DNA of 64,000 bases, taken from positions 384,001 through 448,000 of the forward strand of contig JBMNIF010000003.1 of NCBI GenBank assembly GCA_050950765.1, written 5' to 3'. The notes beneath the pieces were generated by a model. That model searched no databases, was not told the origin of the DNA, and was given only the letters and a program-made list of their open reading frames with translations. Numbering within the stretch: the first letter of the stretch is position 1; each line of letters starts with the position of its first letter. The translations under genes and the position numbers were made by a program. Shown piece after piece: positions 39,085 to 49,479 of the stretch. Source of the stretch: Bdellovibrionota bacterium. GTDB taxonomy: Bacteria > Bdellovibrionota_C > UBA2361 > JAAYZI01.

Positions 39085-41730
39085 TTATGTGATAGGGGTA
39101 ATTGACATTTTATTACAGCTGGAGCCATCTGAAAAAATAAGTTCTATGGTTTCTTCTTTCATAGTAGCTGCAATTGGATGGAATCCGTGCCACCCTAACT
39201 CTGAAAGTTGTGTTAGCGCCCCCTCTATTTTGAAGTTTTTCACTTCACCTTGAGGCGAAATTTGATGGACAAAGATCCCGTAATGTTCATCAAAACTTAA
39301 AAAAACATTTTCCTGAATCTTCGCCATAAAAGGAGTAGACTGTTCCTTACTCCCCTTCATTAAAGTTTTTGGAGTGTAGCCTTCGCCATCAATAACATCA
39401 TCTATATCAAAGAGGAAAAGTTTACCTCTCCCAGTTCCGACAATAAATTTTTTATTAGAAATATCAGAAATAAAAACTATATCGGGCAGTGCTGTTACTA
39501 TGGATTGCACATTAACTAATTTCCTAGTTTCTCTCTCCATTTCAAATACACTCACCACTCCGTTGGAAGATGCAAGGAGTAAAAAATCTCCCACCATGCC
39601 GATAGAAACAGGCTCTCCCTGTGGCTCTGCCACATATTTAGAATAAAAGTTATCTTTTTTACACTTTACATTAAAATAATCTAAACACACGTAATTGCCT
39701 CTGATAGAAATAACATAAGGATCAACCATCCTACCGGAAAAGCAATTTAAAGCGTGAACTCTACATCTGGTAGTGTCGCCTTCAGCAGTTTTATCTTTAG
39801 CAGCTTCATCTTTAGCAGCTTCATCTTCAATACTTTTACTTGTTGCAATTTTTAGATAGTTAGAAACCTTTTCTTTTGATTTTTCTTCTGATTTTTGAGC
39901 ACATAAGTGAAGTCTCCCCTCATCATCTCCTACTATTACAAAACCACCTTCGATATCCACAAACCCTGTAATTGAGGTGACACCTTCACAGTTAAAGATG
40001 CCTTCTTCACATTTAAGATCACAAACAAGACTTTCTGCTGCAAAGTCTGAATTCAGAACTCCTACTGCACAATCTGAAAAAAGATCTTCTCCTTCTTCAA
40101 AAAGCTCTTCTTGGAAAGTAAGAAAATCTTTGGGAATTTTGATGGACCCATCGTCTTCTTCTGTGGCATCAAACTCCCGTTCGCCTTTTCCTGCGGCACC
40201 CCTAGATCTTTTAGGGATCCTTTTACCTCTTCTTTTATCAGCAGGATCTTTAATATCTTTTTTTATTACAGAAGGCTCTTCCTTACTACCCTTACTATTT
40301 ATAACTTTCTTGACCTTTCTGGTCTCTTTTAGTTCTGCAGGCTCTTTCTCACTATTTGTAACTTTCTTGACCTCTCTGGTTCCTCTTAGTTCTGCGGGGT
40401 TTTGTAAGTATTTTTTCAAGACCTTAGCATCACTTTTTTCAATCACGAAAAACTTTTCTTTTGATTTTTCAGTACAACGTTCATATACATTAAACAAGAC
40501 CTTACCATTAAGGAGGAATCTACATCCCACACGACTAAGCGCTTTATCTTTTAATGAATTATCTTTTAATGAAGCAACAAACTCATCAAAAGTTTTTTCT
40601 AAGACGGGATCCTTTTCACTGAAAAAATTCTCATATTTAAGAGGGACTTCATCCTTCGCCTTTGGTAATAAAATTTTACGTTCAGTCAGTAGATCTTCAA
40701 ATTTAGCTTTATCTCCTTTTTTGATAGCATAAACAGCGATAGAACCGGATCGTCTTAGAAAACAAGTGACCTCTTTGCCTGATTCAGATTTTAAGGTAAT
40801 CTCCTTATCATCCTCCCCAAAAAGTTTAGCTAAGGGATTATTTTTAGTCGATGCGGTACTCCCATATATAATACGCTCCGTTTTTTTATCGAGAGGGATG
40901 ATATAATTCTTATACTTTGCACTTAAATATTCCTTTAACGTTGAAATATGCTCTAAATTTGCTGCAAAAACGGTGCGCGCATGAGCTTTACGCATAAAAA
41001 ACGGAATTTTAAACTCCCTCCCGTTAATTGTTTCTACAAATGTCCAGTGGTCTTTTTCAGGATCAGCCTTAACTATTTTGTCTAATTTTTTGCAAAGAGT
41101 GGTTATATATTTGATACTCTCACCAATAACAACTCTTTTTTTTTGTAATCCCTTACCACTGATAGCGAATTCACCTTTTTTATTCAAAAATTGGGCTTCT
41201 CTTCCATGAGGATGTTTAGTAGATAAATACTCTTTCAAGGTTTTAAGATCTTCTTTTTTAATAGCTGGAACTACTCTAGCTCCATTTTGTCTGATAAAAA
41301 TAGGGATCTCAAACTCCTCACCATTGATAACACCGTGAAAAGCGACCTCCTTTATCCCCGCTCTAAAACATTCTTTATAAAAATCTTTATTACTGACATC
41401 TTCTAGATCATACCCTTGTTGCTTTGCGCTATTCTGAAAAGATTCTCTTATTTCTTTTAAAAACTCCTTAATGACAGGTGTGTCATAAGAACCAAGTGTA
41501 GACAAACTGTTTTGACTAATGGAGAGCTCATTATCTAGATCTAATTTTTCAATATTTTTACGGCTTTTTTTGATTTCAGATAAAGGGTCATTAATTTCGA
41601 ACGGAACTCCAGTCTTAAATGGAGTGTTAAGACCATTCTGTGCAGAATTTGATTCACAATTTGATCCCTGCGCACGATTTGATAATCCCTGCGCAGGATT
41701 TGATTCACTATTTCGCCTTACTCCAAACAT
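39085..41730 (-). CDS. Large hypothetical Lys-rich protein with internal repeats and a beta-propeller-like C-terminus
   Basis: 881-aa ORF; repeated INGxEFxIPxFxR..TLKEYLS; WD-like blades VGDDEGRLHL, ASSNGVVSVFE, GTGRGKLFLFD. Confidence 0.7.
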   Translation of the reverse strand: MFGVRRNSESNPAQGLSNRAQGSNCESNSAQNGLNTPFKTGVPFEINDPLSEIKKSRKNIEKLDLDNELSISQNSLSTLGSYDTPVIKEFLKEIRESFQNSAKQQGYDLEDVSNKDFYKECFRAGIKEVAFHGVINGEEFEIPIFIRQNGARVVPAIKKEDLKTLKEYLSTKHPHGREAQFLNKKGEFAISGKGLQKKRVVIGESIKYITTLCKKLDKIVKADPEKDHWTFVETINGREFKIPFFMRKAHARTVFAANLEHISTLKEYLSAKYKNYIIPLDKKTERIIYGSTASTKNNPLAKLFGEDDKEITLKSESGKEVTCFLRRSGSIAVYAIKKGDKAKFEDLLTERKILLPKAKDEVPLKYENFFSEKDPVLEKTFDEFVASLKDNSLKDKALSRVGCRFLLNGKVLFNVYERCTEKSKEKFFVIEKSDAKVLKKYLQNPAELRGTREVKKVTNSEKEPAELKETRKVKKVINSKGSKEEPSVIKKDIKDPADKRRGKRIPKRSRGAAGKGEREFDATEEDDGSIKIPKDFLTFQEELFEEGEDLFSDCAVGVLNSDFAAESLVCDLKCEEGIFNCEGVTSITGFVDIEGGFVIVGDDEGRLHLCAQKSEEKSKEKVSNYLKIATSKSIEDEAAKDEAAKDKTAEGDTTRCRVHALNCFSGRMVDPYVISIRGNYVCLDYFNVKCKKDNFYSKYVAEPQGEPVSIGMVGDFLLLASSNGVVSVFEMERETRKLVNVQSIVTALPDIVFISDISNKKFIVGTGRGKLFLFDIDDVIDGEGYTPKTLMKGSKEQSTPFMAKIQENVFLSFDEHYGIFVHQISPQGEVKNFKIEGALTQLSELGWHGFHPIAATMKEETIELIFSDGSSCNKMSITPIT

Positions 41731-41980
41731 AACTATACAAGCTTATGGTCTGATAAAAAGTTTACCGTATTTATTCTTTAAAAATTAAATTCCTACCCTC
41801 TTACAATGATCGTAAAGTTTAAGAACAGAGAAATATAAAAAGTCAGGGCGAAACACTACAACAACGTTTTTTAAAAAAACCTTGGTGTAAAATCGCCCCT
41901 ATGAAGAGATCACTCTTCATGCTTCTTAACGCGCTTAGGCGGCTTGCTGTTTCAAAAGATTGGCAAGCAGTTGGCTGTCC

Positions 41981-42418
41981 TCAAAAACCCTTCGGGACTA
42001 AAATGAGGATTTTTTTTCCCCTCGTAATACCGCCTTTCTTGCTGACCAGACTGACCAGAGGACGACTCAAAGTAAGAGCGCCCAAATCGGGATTCGGTCG
42101 ATTCTCTATTTTGACCTCTACGGATTCTGAAGCGATGAGCCCGAATTGGTTTTTTTCTTCGTCATCTTCGTATCCTAGCCAAACTAGTTCGACGACCTCT
42201 GCGGCGTTATTCAAGTTAGCTTCTGTGACGAGCTCTCCCCGCAGTATATCCACTTCTTTAGGTGCGTTAGTGGATATTGGCAGTTCACCCGTAGCAAGAC
42301 TTTTCGCAAAAATCCGAGCGATTACTTTACCGTTTCGTATCAAAACGATCATTTTACCAATGGGCAACCAAATTTCTTCCACGTTGCCTCTAGAACTTTT
42401 TCTTGTAGCATCAGCCAT
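41981..42418 (-). CDS. Hypothetical protein
   Basis: 145-aa ORF, AAGGAAG upstream, co-oriented with neighbours. Confidence 0.55.
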   Translation of the reverse strand: MADATRKSSRGNVEEIWLPIGKMIVLIRNGKVIARIFAKSLATGELPISTNAPKEVDILRGELVTEANLNNAAEVVELVWLGYEDDEEKNQFGLIASESVEVKIENRPNPDLGALTLSRPLVSLVSKKGGITRGKKILILVPKGF

Positions 42419-42649
42419 TATTGCAGACTTTCTTCCTTAAGTATTGTTTTACTTTTCAGTTACTACGTTAAAAAAAGGTCCTCCTTTCTATTATCTATTT
42501 TTGTTATAAATACCTTTTAGACTATTGGGGCTGTTTACCCCTCCTTTCTATAAAAACCCTAATAGTTAGTTGTAGCGTTTCTCCTCTGTGCTAACGATGT
42601 CACCACAGAAGAGAAATACCTTTCCTTCTACCCTACAAATTGTCTGTGT

Positions 42650-42678
42650 ATGTTAGCACTTTTAGAAATCTTAGTCAC
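42650..42678 (-). promoter_or_regulatory. Candidate sigma70 promoter with extended -10
   Basis: GTGACT-17 nt-TAACAT, with TG-n before the -10. Confidence 0.45.
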
Positions 42679-42883
42679 AACATCAGCAAAGGTTGCCATC
42701 GTGCTTTAGAAAGTCTGACTATTTGAAAGATTACTATATTTTTATGCTTTATTATTAGATATAACTAATTGATTTTATTCACTTTAACGATCTTAGTAGC
42801 CCAAAGTGAATAAATTAAGAGAAGGAGTGTCCTTCTTTTGAAGAGAGAGGAGAAGGAGAACTCTCCCTCCCCCCCTTTTTAAA

Positions 42884-43786
42884 TTACATATACAACACTC
42901 GTACCCGCGCCGTATTTAAAGCATTTAGCGGAACATCCCAAGCTCCTTCTAAAAGCTTTTTAATTTTCTTCATATTATCTTCAGGATAATACAACTTCGG
43001 ATATTCTCCTTCCGGAAGGGGTTCTTTTAATATTTCAAAAACTTCACGTGCAGCATCATAAACATCACCGAACTTATCAACTAATCCAAGCTCTAAAGCC
43101 TTACTACCGATAATAATGCGTCCATCAGCAAAAGCTTCAACATCATCTCTCTTTAATTTTCGCCCATCAACTACAGCCTGCACAAAATCTTTTCTTATAT
43201 CCAAAATAGTTTCACTTAAAAGCGCTCTCTCTGAATCTGTCATCTCTCTAAAGATATTACCGGTATCTTTAAATTCCCCACTCTTAATAGTAACCATCTC
43301 AAAGCCAACTTGATCCGTAATTTTTCGAACGTTAGGCATCTGCATGATAACACCGATAGAACCAGTTATCGTTCCTGGTTGACAAAAAACTTTCGATGCA
43401 CCTAACGCTGAATACAAAGCACCCGACCCTGCGGTAGATCCCATAGAAGCAACGATCGGTTTTTTAGCTTTTAACTTCTCCACCGTTCTGTAAATATCTT
43501 GCGACGGAGCAACCGCTCCTCCAGGAGAATCAATGCGTAAAACGATGCCCTTTATCTTAGGATTATTAACCTGCTTATGCAGCTCTGCTACGATATCTTT
43601 CGATGATGTTATTGCGCCCTTCAATTCTACAACAGCGACTACCTTATCTAATGGAGAAAAAACAGGTTCAGAACTACGCACTCCACCAAGTGAAGTAATT
43701 AAGACACCGAGTAAAAAAATAGGTATAAATAAGAAAATAAAGCAAAGTGTCAGAACTTTAGCCAACCAGATTAAATAATTTTTCAT
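42884..43786 (-). CDS. sppA: Signal peptide peptidase SppA (S49, short form)
   Basis: LRIDSPGG, PIVASMG, TGSIGVI, KSGEFKD, ADGRI. Confidence 0.93.
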   Translation of the reverse strand: MKNYLIWLAKVLTLCFIFLFIPIFLLGVLITSLGGVRSSEPVFSPLDKVVAVVELKGAITSSKDIVAELHKQVNNPKIKGIVLRIDSPGGAVAPSQDIYRTVEKLKAKKPIVASMGSTAGSGALYSALGASKVFCQPGTITGSIGVIMQMPNVRKITDQVGFEMVTIKSGEFKDTGNIFREMTDSERALLSETILDIRKDFVQAVVDGRKLKRDDVEAFADGRIIIGSKALELGLVDKFGDVYDAAREVFEILKEPLPEGEYPKLYYPEDNMKKIKKLLEGAWDVPLNALNTARVRVLYM

Positions 43787-43799
43787 TACACTCTCACCG

Positions 43800-44093
43800 T
43801 TAAATAAAACCCAATAGCGCCTTTACCTCTTCATTCGGCTCCCATGGTGGATCAAAACAAAGTGTTACATAAACATCTTCGACACCTTCAAGAGCAGCTA
43901 CTCTCTCTCTAACAGACAACACCATCTCCGGTCCAGCTGGGCAGGCTGGTGTTGTAAGGGTCATCTTTATATTGACAAAAGATTCGTCCTCGATCGAGAT
44001 ATCGTATATCAACCCTAGAAACCAAACATCGAGCAAAAGCTCAGGATCTAACACCGTTTTTAAGGCTTCTATAACTGCTTCTTTCGTGACCAT
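43800..44093 (-). CDS. DUF59/SufT-like Fe-S assembly factor
   Basis: VLDPEL, LGLIY, MTLTTPACP, FDPPW. Confidence 0.92.
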   Translation of the reverse strand: MVTKEAVIEALKTVLDPELLLDVWFLGLIYDISIEDESFVNIKMTLTTPACPAGPEMVLSVRERVAALEGVEDVYVTLCFDPPWEPNEEVKALLGFI

Positions 44094-44131
44094 ATATTAT
44101 CATCACCACATTTAAGATAAAGCAAGCAATC

Positions 44132-45373
44132 CTATTCCAAAATCGTCTTCAGTAACGTATTGCCTGAAATCGGCTTCTGTAAACACGCTGCAGCACCACA
44201 ACTGATAGCACGAACCTCCGCCTCTTTATCTTCCACAAAAGCGATCACCTTAGCTTGTACCTTCAGCTCACTTTTTATTAAGCGTAACAATTCGCAACCA
44301 TACCCAGACTCAACGGCACTATCAATTAAAATAATATCGAATTGCATATCACTTGTATAGACAACAACTTCCTGCGCCGTCTCTGCTATCTCAACGGATC
44401 CGCCCCAAGCTTCTGCCAATCTTACTAAGATATCTCGCACCTCATTATTATCAGCCACTACAAGTATTTTATGTTGAATTAACGGTGTGGAGTCATCTAA
44501 TATCTCAAGCATATCTTCATAGAACTCATCAATGCTCTTTTTGTCTTCGCAGACAGCTGGAATCCGCACCGTAAAACGGGTTCCTACACCTTCACGGCTC
44601 CAAGCTTTTATCTCACCTCCTGCCGCAGCTACAAGGTTTTTACAAACAGCTAGCCCGATCCCCAAACCATCCTGCTTTACCTTACTATCATCCGTTGAAC
44701 GATAATAAGGCTCAAATAGGTGCGGAAGATCTCCTTCTGCAATGCCAGAGCCGTTATCAGAAACTTCAATAGTAATAAACGGCACAGGAAACTCACTCCG
44801 TGCAGAAACCTGTACCTCTCCCCTTTCCGGAGTAAACTTTAGTGCGTTATGCAGTAGATTAAAGATAACCTGCTTTAGATGTTTGGGGTCGATATAAGCA
44901 GTAAGATTAGCCTCATGCTTAATAAATTTAATTGTAATGCTTTTCCTCTGCGCATTAGATTGCAATAAACCGACTATACTTCCTAAAACATTATTAACAT
45001 CCACATTACTCGGTTCAGGTTTAAGTAAAGCACTTTCTGCCATACTGACATCAAGGAAATCCGTTACTAATTTCAATAACTGATCACTATACTCCCTGAT
45101 ATAACTCAACGATTTTCTATGCTCTTCCGGTAGCTTTTCTCCTAATAGCAACTCAAGGGTTTCTGCCGAACATAAGATAGCAGTAATGGGGTTTTTTATT
45201 TCATGTGCCACATCTCTAGCAAGGTTAGCACGCATGCTTAAAAGCTTATCTAAATGCGCACACTCGCATTCACTCTTTTTTAGCCTCTTTCTACAAACGG
45301 CAAAACAGATCCATCCGCACACAGCTGTAAGTGCTACCAATAAAAAAGGTATAAAAAGATAGTACTCCCCCAT
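44132..45373 (-). CDS. Hybrid histidine kinase with receiver domain
   Basis: AHEIKNP, NLLHNALKFT, DNGSGI, GLGIGL; receiver with ILID and QKP. Confidence 0.92.
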   Translation of the reverse strand: MGEYYLFIPFLLVALTAVCGWICFAVCRKRLKKSECECAHLDKLLSMRANLARDVAHEIKNPITAILCSAETLELLLGEKLPEEHRKSLSYIREYSDQLLKLVTDFLDVSMAESALLKPEPSNVDVNNVLGSIVGLLQSNAQRKSITIKFIKHEANLTAYIDPKHLKQVIFNLLHNALKFTPERGEVQVSARSEFPVPFITIEVSDNGSGIAEGDLPHLFEPYYRSTDDSKVKQDGLGIGLAVCKNLVAAAGGEIKAWSREGVGTRFTVRIPAVCEDKKSIDEFYEDMLEILDDSTPLIQHKILVVADNNEVRDILVRLAEAWGGSVEIAETAQEVVVYTSDMQFDIILIDSAVESGYGCELLRLIKSELKVQAKVIAFVEDKEAEVRAISCGAAACLQKPISGNTLLKTILE

Positions 45374-45445
45374 AAAAAGGAATCCCTCATATTTTACAAA
45401 AGGCTCATCCTTTTTATCGACCTGTTATAAGAACGGCTTAACCTA

Positions 45446-45492
45446 AAAAAACTCCCCCTTTTTAAGAAAACAACAATAAAAAGGAGGAGTTG
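45446..45492 (-). terminator. Terminator after flgE
   Basis: Minus strand ACTCCTCCTTTTTA..TAAAAAGGGGGAGT followed by a T-run. Confidence 0.7.
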
Positions 45493-45533
45493 TGCTTAAA
45501 GATGAGTGCTAAATATCATCTTTTCTATTTGGA

Positions 45534-46838
45534 TTAGGTAAGATTTATAATCTCGTTTAATAACTGATTAATCGTTGTAATGATACGCGAATTAGCTTGA
45601 AAGCTACGTTGTAAAGTGATTAATTTTACAAACTCGCTGGCGATATCAACAGTAGATAACTCCAAAGAGCCTGACTCTATACTTCCTAAAGTACCACTCC
45701 CCGAGCGTCCAATAATCGGAGAACCGGATTCCAACGTTTCTTGTAGATAATTTGCGCCAACCCTTTCTAACCCTTCAGAGTTAGCAAAATTAGCCATCCC
45801 AACTGTACCAATCACGGATGTTTGACCATTATCTAAGACTGCAAAAATTCGACCTGCTTTATCGATACTCAAACTGGTAATTGAGCCCACACCGTTACCA
45901 TCCCCCGTGATAGAACCGATTCCAGCAGGTGTTGAATACATAGTGAAAAGCCCAAAGGAGAAATCTATCTCCGTAGCAGCCGCTCCTTTTGACCACTGTA
46001 CATTAGCTGTAATATCGCTAGTACCAACCGCAGGAGGATTGGTTCTTGCGCCGTTTCCGTCAAACGTCATCGTTGCCGTACCGATGCAATACGGAACACC
46101 ATCACCACCGCCATTATCAACTTCATTGGCATCAACATATAAACGTACTTCATACTCACTATCTGAATGCGCAGTACCATCCTTCGTCCTAAAGAAGTAT
46201 GCCGTTACGGTGTGACTTGTTCCTAAAGAATCAAAAACATCTACAACTGTTTGAAACGCTGCAGCTTCTGTTAAGTTCGCATAGGTGGCGGTACCGCCCC
46301 CTTCTATTGTTACAGGGATATCATTGACACCACCGGGTAAGGCGACATCTCGTGCATCAAGATTTCCTGAAATTGCTACATTTTTTGTTGCCACATTTTC
46401 TTGAGTAATTGTCGTAGCATTTAGATCTTCAAGAGAGCCTGAACCACTCGCTGGAAAGCCTTGAACTCTATTCCCTCTTTGATCGACGATATAACCTTCA
46501 TCATCAAGTTTAAAATTACCAGCTCTGGTATAGTACCGTTGGTCTCCTTTAGACACGATAAAGAAACCGTTGCCATCGATAGCGAGATCTAAATCTCGAC
46601 CCGTTACTTCCAAAGTTCCCTGTTCAAAGACATTAGTAACAGCGCTGGCGGCGGATCCACTACCGACAACCTTTCCGCTAGTTTGACCTCCAGCGATAAT
46701 ATCTTCAAATTCAGTACGTGAAGTTTTATATCCAACCGTACTAGAATTAGAGATATTATCTCCGACAACGGCTATTGCAACACCATGACTTGTAAGACCG
46801 GCTCGACCGGAAAACAATCCATTTACAATACTTGACAC
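45534..46838 (-). CDS. flgE: Flagellar hook protein
   Basis: DNISNSSTVGYK, DLAIDGNGFF, YTRAGNF, LELSTVD..QRSFQANSR. Confidence 0.96.
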   Translation of the reverse strand: MSSIVNGLFSGRAGLTSHGVAIAVVGDNISNSSTVGYKTSRTEFEDIIAGGQTSGKVVGSGSAASAVTNVFEQGTLEVTGRDLDLAIDGNGFFIVSKGDQRYYTRAGNFKLDDEGYIVDQRGNRVQGFPASGSGSLEDLNATTITQENVATKNVAISGNLDARDVALPGGVNDIPVTIEGGGTATYANLTEAAAFQTVVDVFDSLGTSHTVTAYFFRTKDGTAHSDSEYEVRLYVDANEVDNGGGDGVPYCIGTATMTFDGNGARTNPPAVGTSDITANVQWSKGAAATEIDFSFGLFTMYSTPAGIGSITGDGNGVGSITSLSIDKAGRIFAVLDNGQTSVIGTVGMANFANSEGLERVGANYLQETLESGSPIIGRSGSGTLGSIESGSLELSTVDIASEFVKLITLQRSFQANSRIITTINQLLNEIINLT

Positions 46839-46903
46839 GTCATATCCTCCTACTTAATCTAGCGCCGCCAACTAACTAACGACACCAGAGCTGTTACTTC
46901 TTT

Positions 46904-46919
46904 AGCAAAGTTGAGCCCC
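46904..46919 (-). promoter_or_regulatory. Possible internal sigma54 promoter for flgE
   Basis: GGGGCTCAACTTTGCT fits GG-N10-GC with TTGCT. Confidence 0.4.
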
Positions 46920-46934
46920 TATATAAGGTTCACA

Positions 46935-47612
46935 CTATGCATTCGTTTTTGCTAACCTCACTTCCTTGATTTTATCAAGGCTAACCTCACTCCCGTTCAC
47001 CAATAATGTTGGAGAATCACCTGGAATAAATCCATCTACAATCCCTGAGCTATATGCTGTCGGCGTTAATTGAGCGCCATTAAGTGTTGTCGCAGTAATA
47101 TTCATCAAATATTCACCATCGGGAATACCTACTTCCCCGAGATCTACACTGCATTGACCTGCCTTTAAGTTTTCAAAGTTAACAGTTGCCACCGTTGTTC
47201 CGTTGCTATTTACAAGCTCTACAGAAACATCTTTAGCATCTTGAGAAAGATCGAAGCTGATACTTCCTGCATTGCCATTTGAAACGGTAGTGGTTCTTGA
47301 ATTCAAGAGAACTTCATGACCTAAATAAGAAGCCATTGAAGAAGCGCTCTCTGTACCTGACGCATTGTTTGCCTTCTCTAATTTTCCGTTAATATCGATT
47401 AACTGTTCCAACTGACTAAACTGTGCCAAGTTTACGGCAAAATCATCATTACTCATCGGATCCAACGGATCTTGATTTTTTAATTGAGCCACTAACATCG
47501 TCAAAAACTCATTTTTGCCGATAGTGTTATCACTTTTCTCCTTTACAACTGCAGCACTACTTTGTGTTGCGTTAATGTTATCAATAAAATTATTTGCATC
47601 TATCATCGTCAT
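46935..47612 (-). CDS. flgD: Flagellar hook capping protein
   Basis: FLTMLVAQLKNQDPLDP, LAQFSQLEQ; ATG at 47612 after AGGTGA. Confidence 0.95.
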   Translation of the reverse strand: MTMIDANNFIDNINATQSSAAVVKEKSDNTIGKNEFLTMLVAQLKNQDPLDPMSNDDFAVNLAQFSQLEQLIDINGKLEKANNASGTESASSMASYLGHEVLLNSRTTTVSNGNAGSISFDLSQDAKDVSVELVNSNGTTVATVNFENLKAGQCSVDLGEVGIPDGEYLMNITATTLNGAQLTPTAYSSGIVDGFIPGDSPTLLVNGSEVSLDKIKEVRLAKTNA

Positions 47613-47620
47613 ATCTTCAC

Positions 47621-49441
47621 CTATGCTATCCAATGGTCATTAGAATCAAGTGTCTTTACCTTTCTAGTTGAAGCAGGAGCTTCACTATTCTCTCTTTTTG
47701 AAGCAGCTAACGGATCTCTTTCACCCTTATCTTGTTGAGTCTGCTGCTGCATCGTCCCTTCAAATGTTCCTTCATCTGAAGCGACAGACACACTTACCTG
47801 ATCAACATTAATCCCTAAATTCCTTAGGATCTGTTGCAGTTCAGGGGCTCTCTCTCTTAAAGCCTGATTAACAGCGGCATTATCCGCCACTAATCTAGCG
47901 TGTAAGTTACCATCCCTTAATGTCACATCGACCTTCAAAGTTCCCAATTCTTCTGGATCGAGTTTAATTGAAATAGTCTTGCCATCCTTTGAACGTGAAA
48001 TCTCTTTCAAAGCATCTTCAACTCGTGCCAACATGCTACTTGTTTGAGAGCGTGTCAGCATCTTTGTATTTTTCGTATTTTCAGAATCTCTATTTGTTTG
48101 CGTGTTATTATCAGCGGCATCAGAGACGACAGCAGAAACTCCTTGCACCGTTGTATTTTGTGTTGCTTGTTGTGTAGCAACAGCCACACTCTCAGATATC
48201 ACTTCAGCTGCGCTTAAGTTTGCATTTGAAAGGTATTGCGATTGCCAGATCTGCCCATAACTTGAAAAGATATTAACCTGTGTATCAGAAGCGATATCAG
48301 GTGTTGAATATTCAGATACATCTGAAACATTCTCTACTTTATCTTGCAAGATCTTAGCGATTAAATCTTCCTCAGTTTTTGTATTTTTAAAGGTTTGTTG
48401 AGGATCTAACTCCACATCCTCTTCTGCAATAACTTCAGCACTTACTGTTTTCGGAGTAGAAACTTTTACGACTTCTTCTTCAATTGATTTTACGATATCT
48501 TCGGAAGCAACGTTTGTTATTTTCTGATCTAAAACTTCTCCTTCAGAAAGATCCTCCATAGGATACTCTCCAAAATCTAAAGGCTCATCTAAGTTTTCTT
48601 TAAGAGTTTCTTCTTTTACAACCGCCTCTTGATCTGTTTTTAACGGCGCTGCTGTAAGTGGAATATCAGCTCCGTCTGAAGGTATCACAGCAGTTTCATC
48701 TGAAATTGTAGCAACACTTTTATCTAAAATAGCGACACCCTCTTCATCTGGAAGTATCGCAGCAGTTTCAGGGGTGAGACTTTCTTCAATATCTTCACTG
48801 GATTCTTTTACAACCGCCTCTTGATCTGTTTTTAACGGCGCTGCTGTAAGTGGAATATCAGCTCCGTCTGAAGGTATCACAGCAGTTTCATCTGAAATTG
48901 TAGCAACACTTTTATCTAAAATAGCGACACCCTCTTCATCTGGAAGTATCGCAGCAGTTTCAGGGGTGAGACTTTCTTCAATATCTTCACTGGATTCTTT
49001 TGCAACAACCTCTTTTACAGGCATATCCTCTGTCACAGGGGCTGCAACTACGTCACCTTCTAGCTTAACGTCTTTTTCTGGTGTTGCATTTAAAGTCTGA
49101 TCCTTTGATTCGTCTTCTTTTGAAGGTACCTTTTCGGCATTATCTTTTTTAGCCACGTTTTTTTGTGGCGTTTCGACGGTTGTTATTGATTTAGAATTTT
49201 TATCAGGATCTTTTACCTTCTGTTTTTTGTTCTGTTTTTTAGTTATCCCTTCAATTTTAACTCCTTTTTCTATCTCTCCGCAGCCGATTCCGGCAACTTG
49301 TAGGGCAATTTTGTCCAGTAGGGAGGAAAATTCATCCATCAATTCTTTATTACTTTTTTTCTTCGTCTCTGCATCGGCAGCAAATGCAGGTTGCTGTATT
49401 TGCATGTCAAATTGAGCATTAACTTCGATTCCCACTGTCAT
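47621..49441 (-). CDS. fliK: Flagellar hook-length control protein
   Basis: C-terminal IKLDPEELGTLKV domain, long low-complexity N-terminus, fliK-flgD-flgE order. Confidence 0.92.
   Translation of the reverse strand: MTVGIEVNAQFDMQIQQPAFAADAETKKKSNKELMDEFSSLLDKIALQVAGIGCGEIEKGVKIEGITKKQNKKQKVKDPDKNSKSITTVETPQKNVAKKDNAEKVPSKEDESKDQTLNATPEKDVKLEGDVVAAPVTEDMPVKEVVAKESSEDIEESLTPETAAILPDEEGVAILDKSVATISDETAVIPSDGADIPLTAAPLKTDQEAVVKESSEDIEESLTPETAAILPDEEGVAILDKSVATISDETAVIPSDGADIPLTAAPLKTDQEAVVKEETLKENLDEPLDFGEYPMEDLSEGEVLDQKITNVASEDIVKSIEEEVVKVSTPKTVSAEVIAEEDVELDPQQTFKNTKTEEDLIAKILQDKVENVSDVSEYSTPDIASDTQVNIFSSYGQIWQSQYLSNANLSAAEVISESVAVATQQATQNTTVQGVSAVVSDAADNNTQTNRDSENTKNTKMLTRSQTSSMLARVEDALKEISRSKDGKTISIKLDPEELGTLKVDVTLRDGNLHARLVADNAAVNQALRERAPELQQILRNLGINVDQVSVSVASDEGTFEGTMQQQTQQDKGERDPLAASKRENSEAPASTRKVKTLDSNDHWIA
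48611..49001 (-). repeat. Exact in-frame 192-bp tandem duplication within fliK
   Basis: 64-aa unit KESSEDIEES...TDQEAVV occurs twice; TTCTTTT microhomology at the junctions. Confidence 0.95.
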
Positions 49442-49479
49442 ACGATCTCCGAAAAGGTGTAGGTTATACCGTTAACAAA

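Noticed and set aside
39188..39196. GTGCCACCC inside the 3' end of the large orphan gene
   Set aside because: A 9-bp partial match encoding Gly-Trp-His, with no flanking module; probably chance.
39977..40732. 251-aa plus-strand ORF
   Set aside because: Antisense shadow (Ser/Phe/Leu-rich) of the Lys/Glu-rich minus-strand gene.
41901..42440. 179-aa plus-strand ORF
   Set aside because: Overlaps the minus-strand 145-aa ORF, which has a more protein-like composition and an RBS; not fully excluded.
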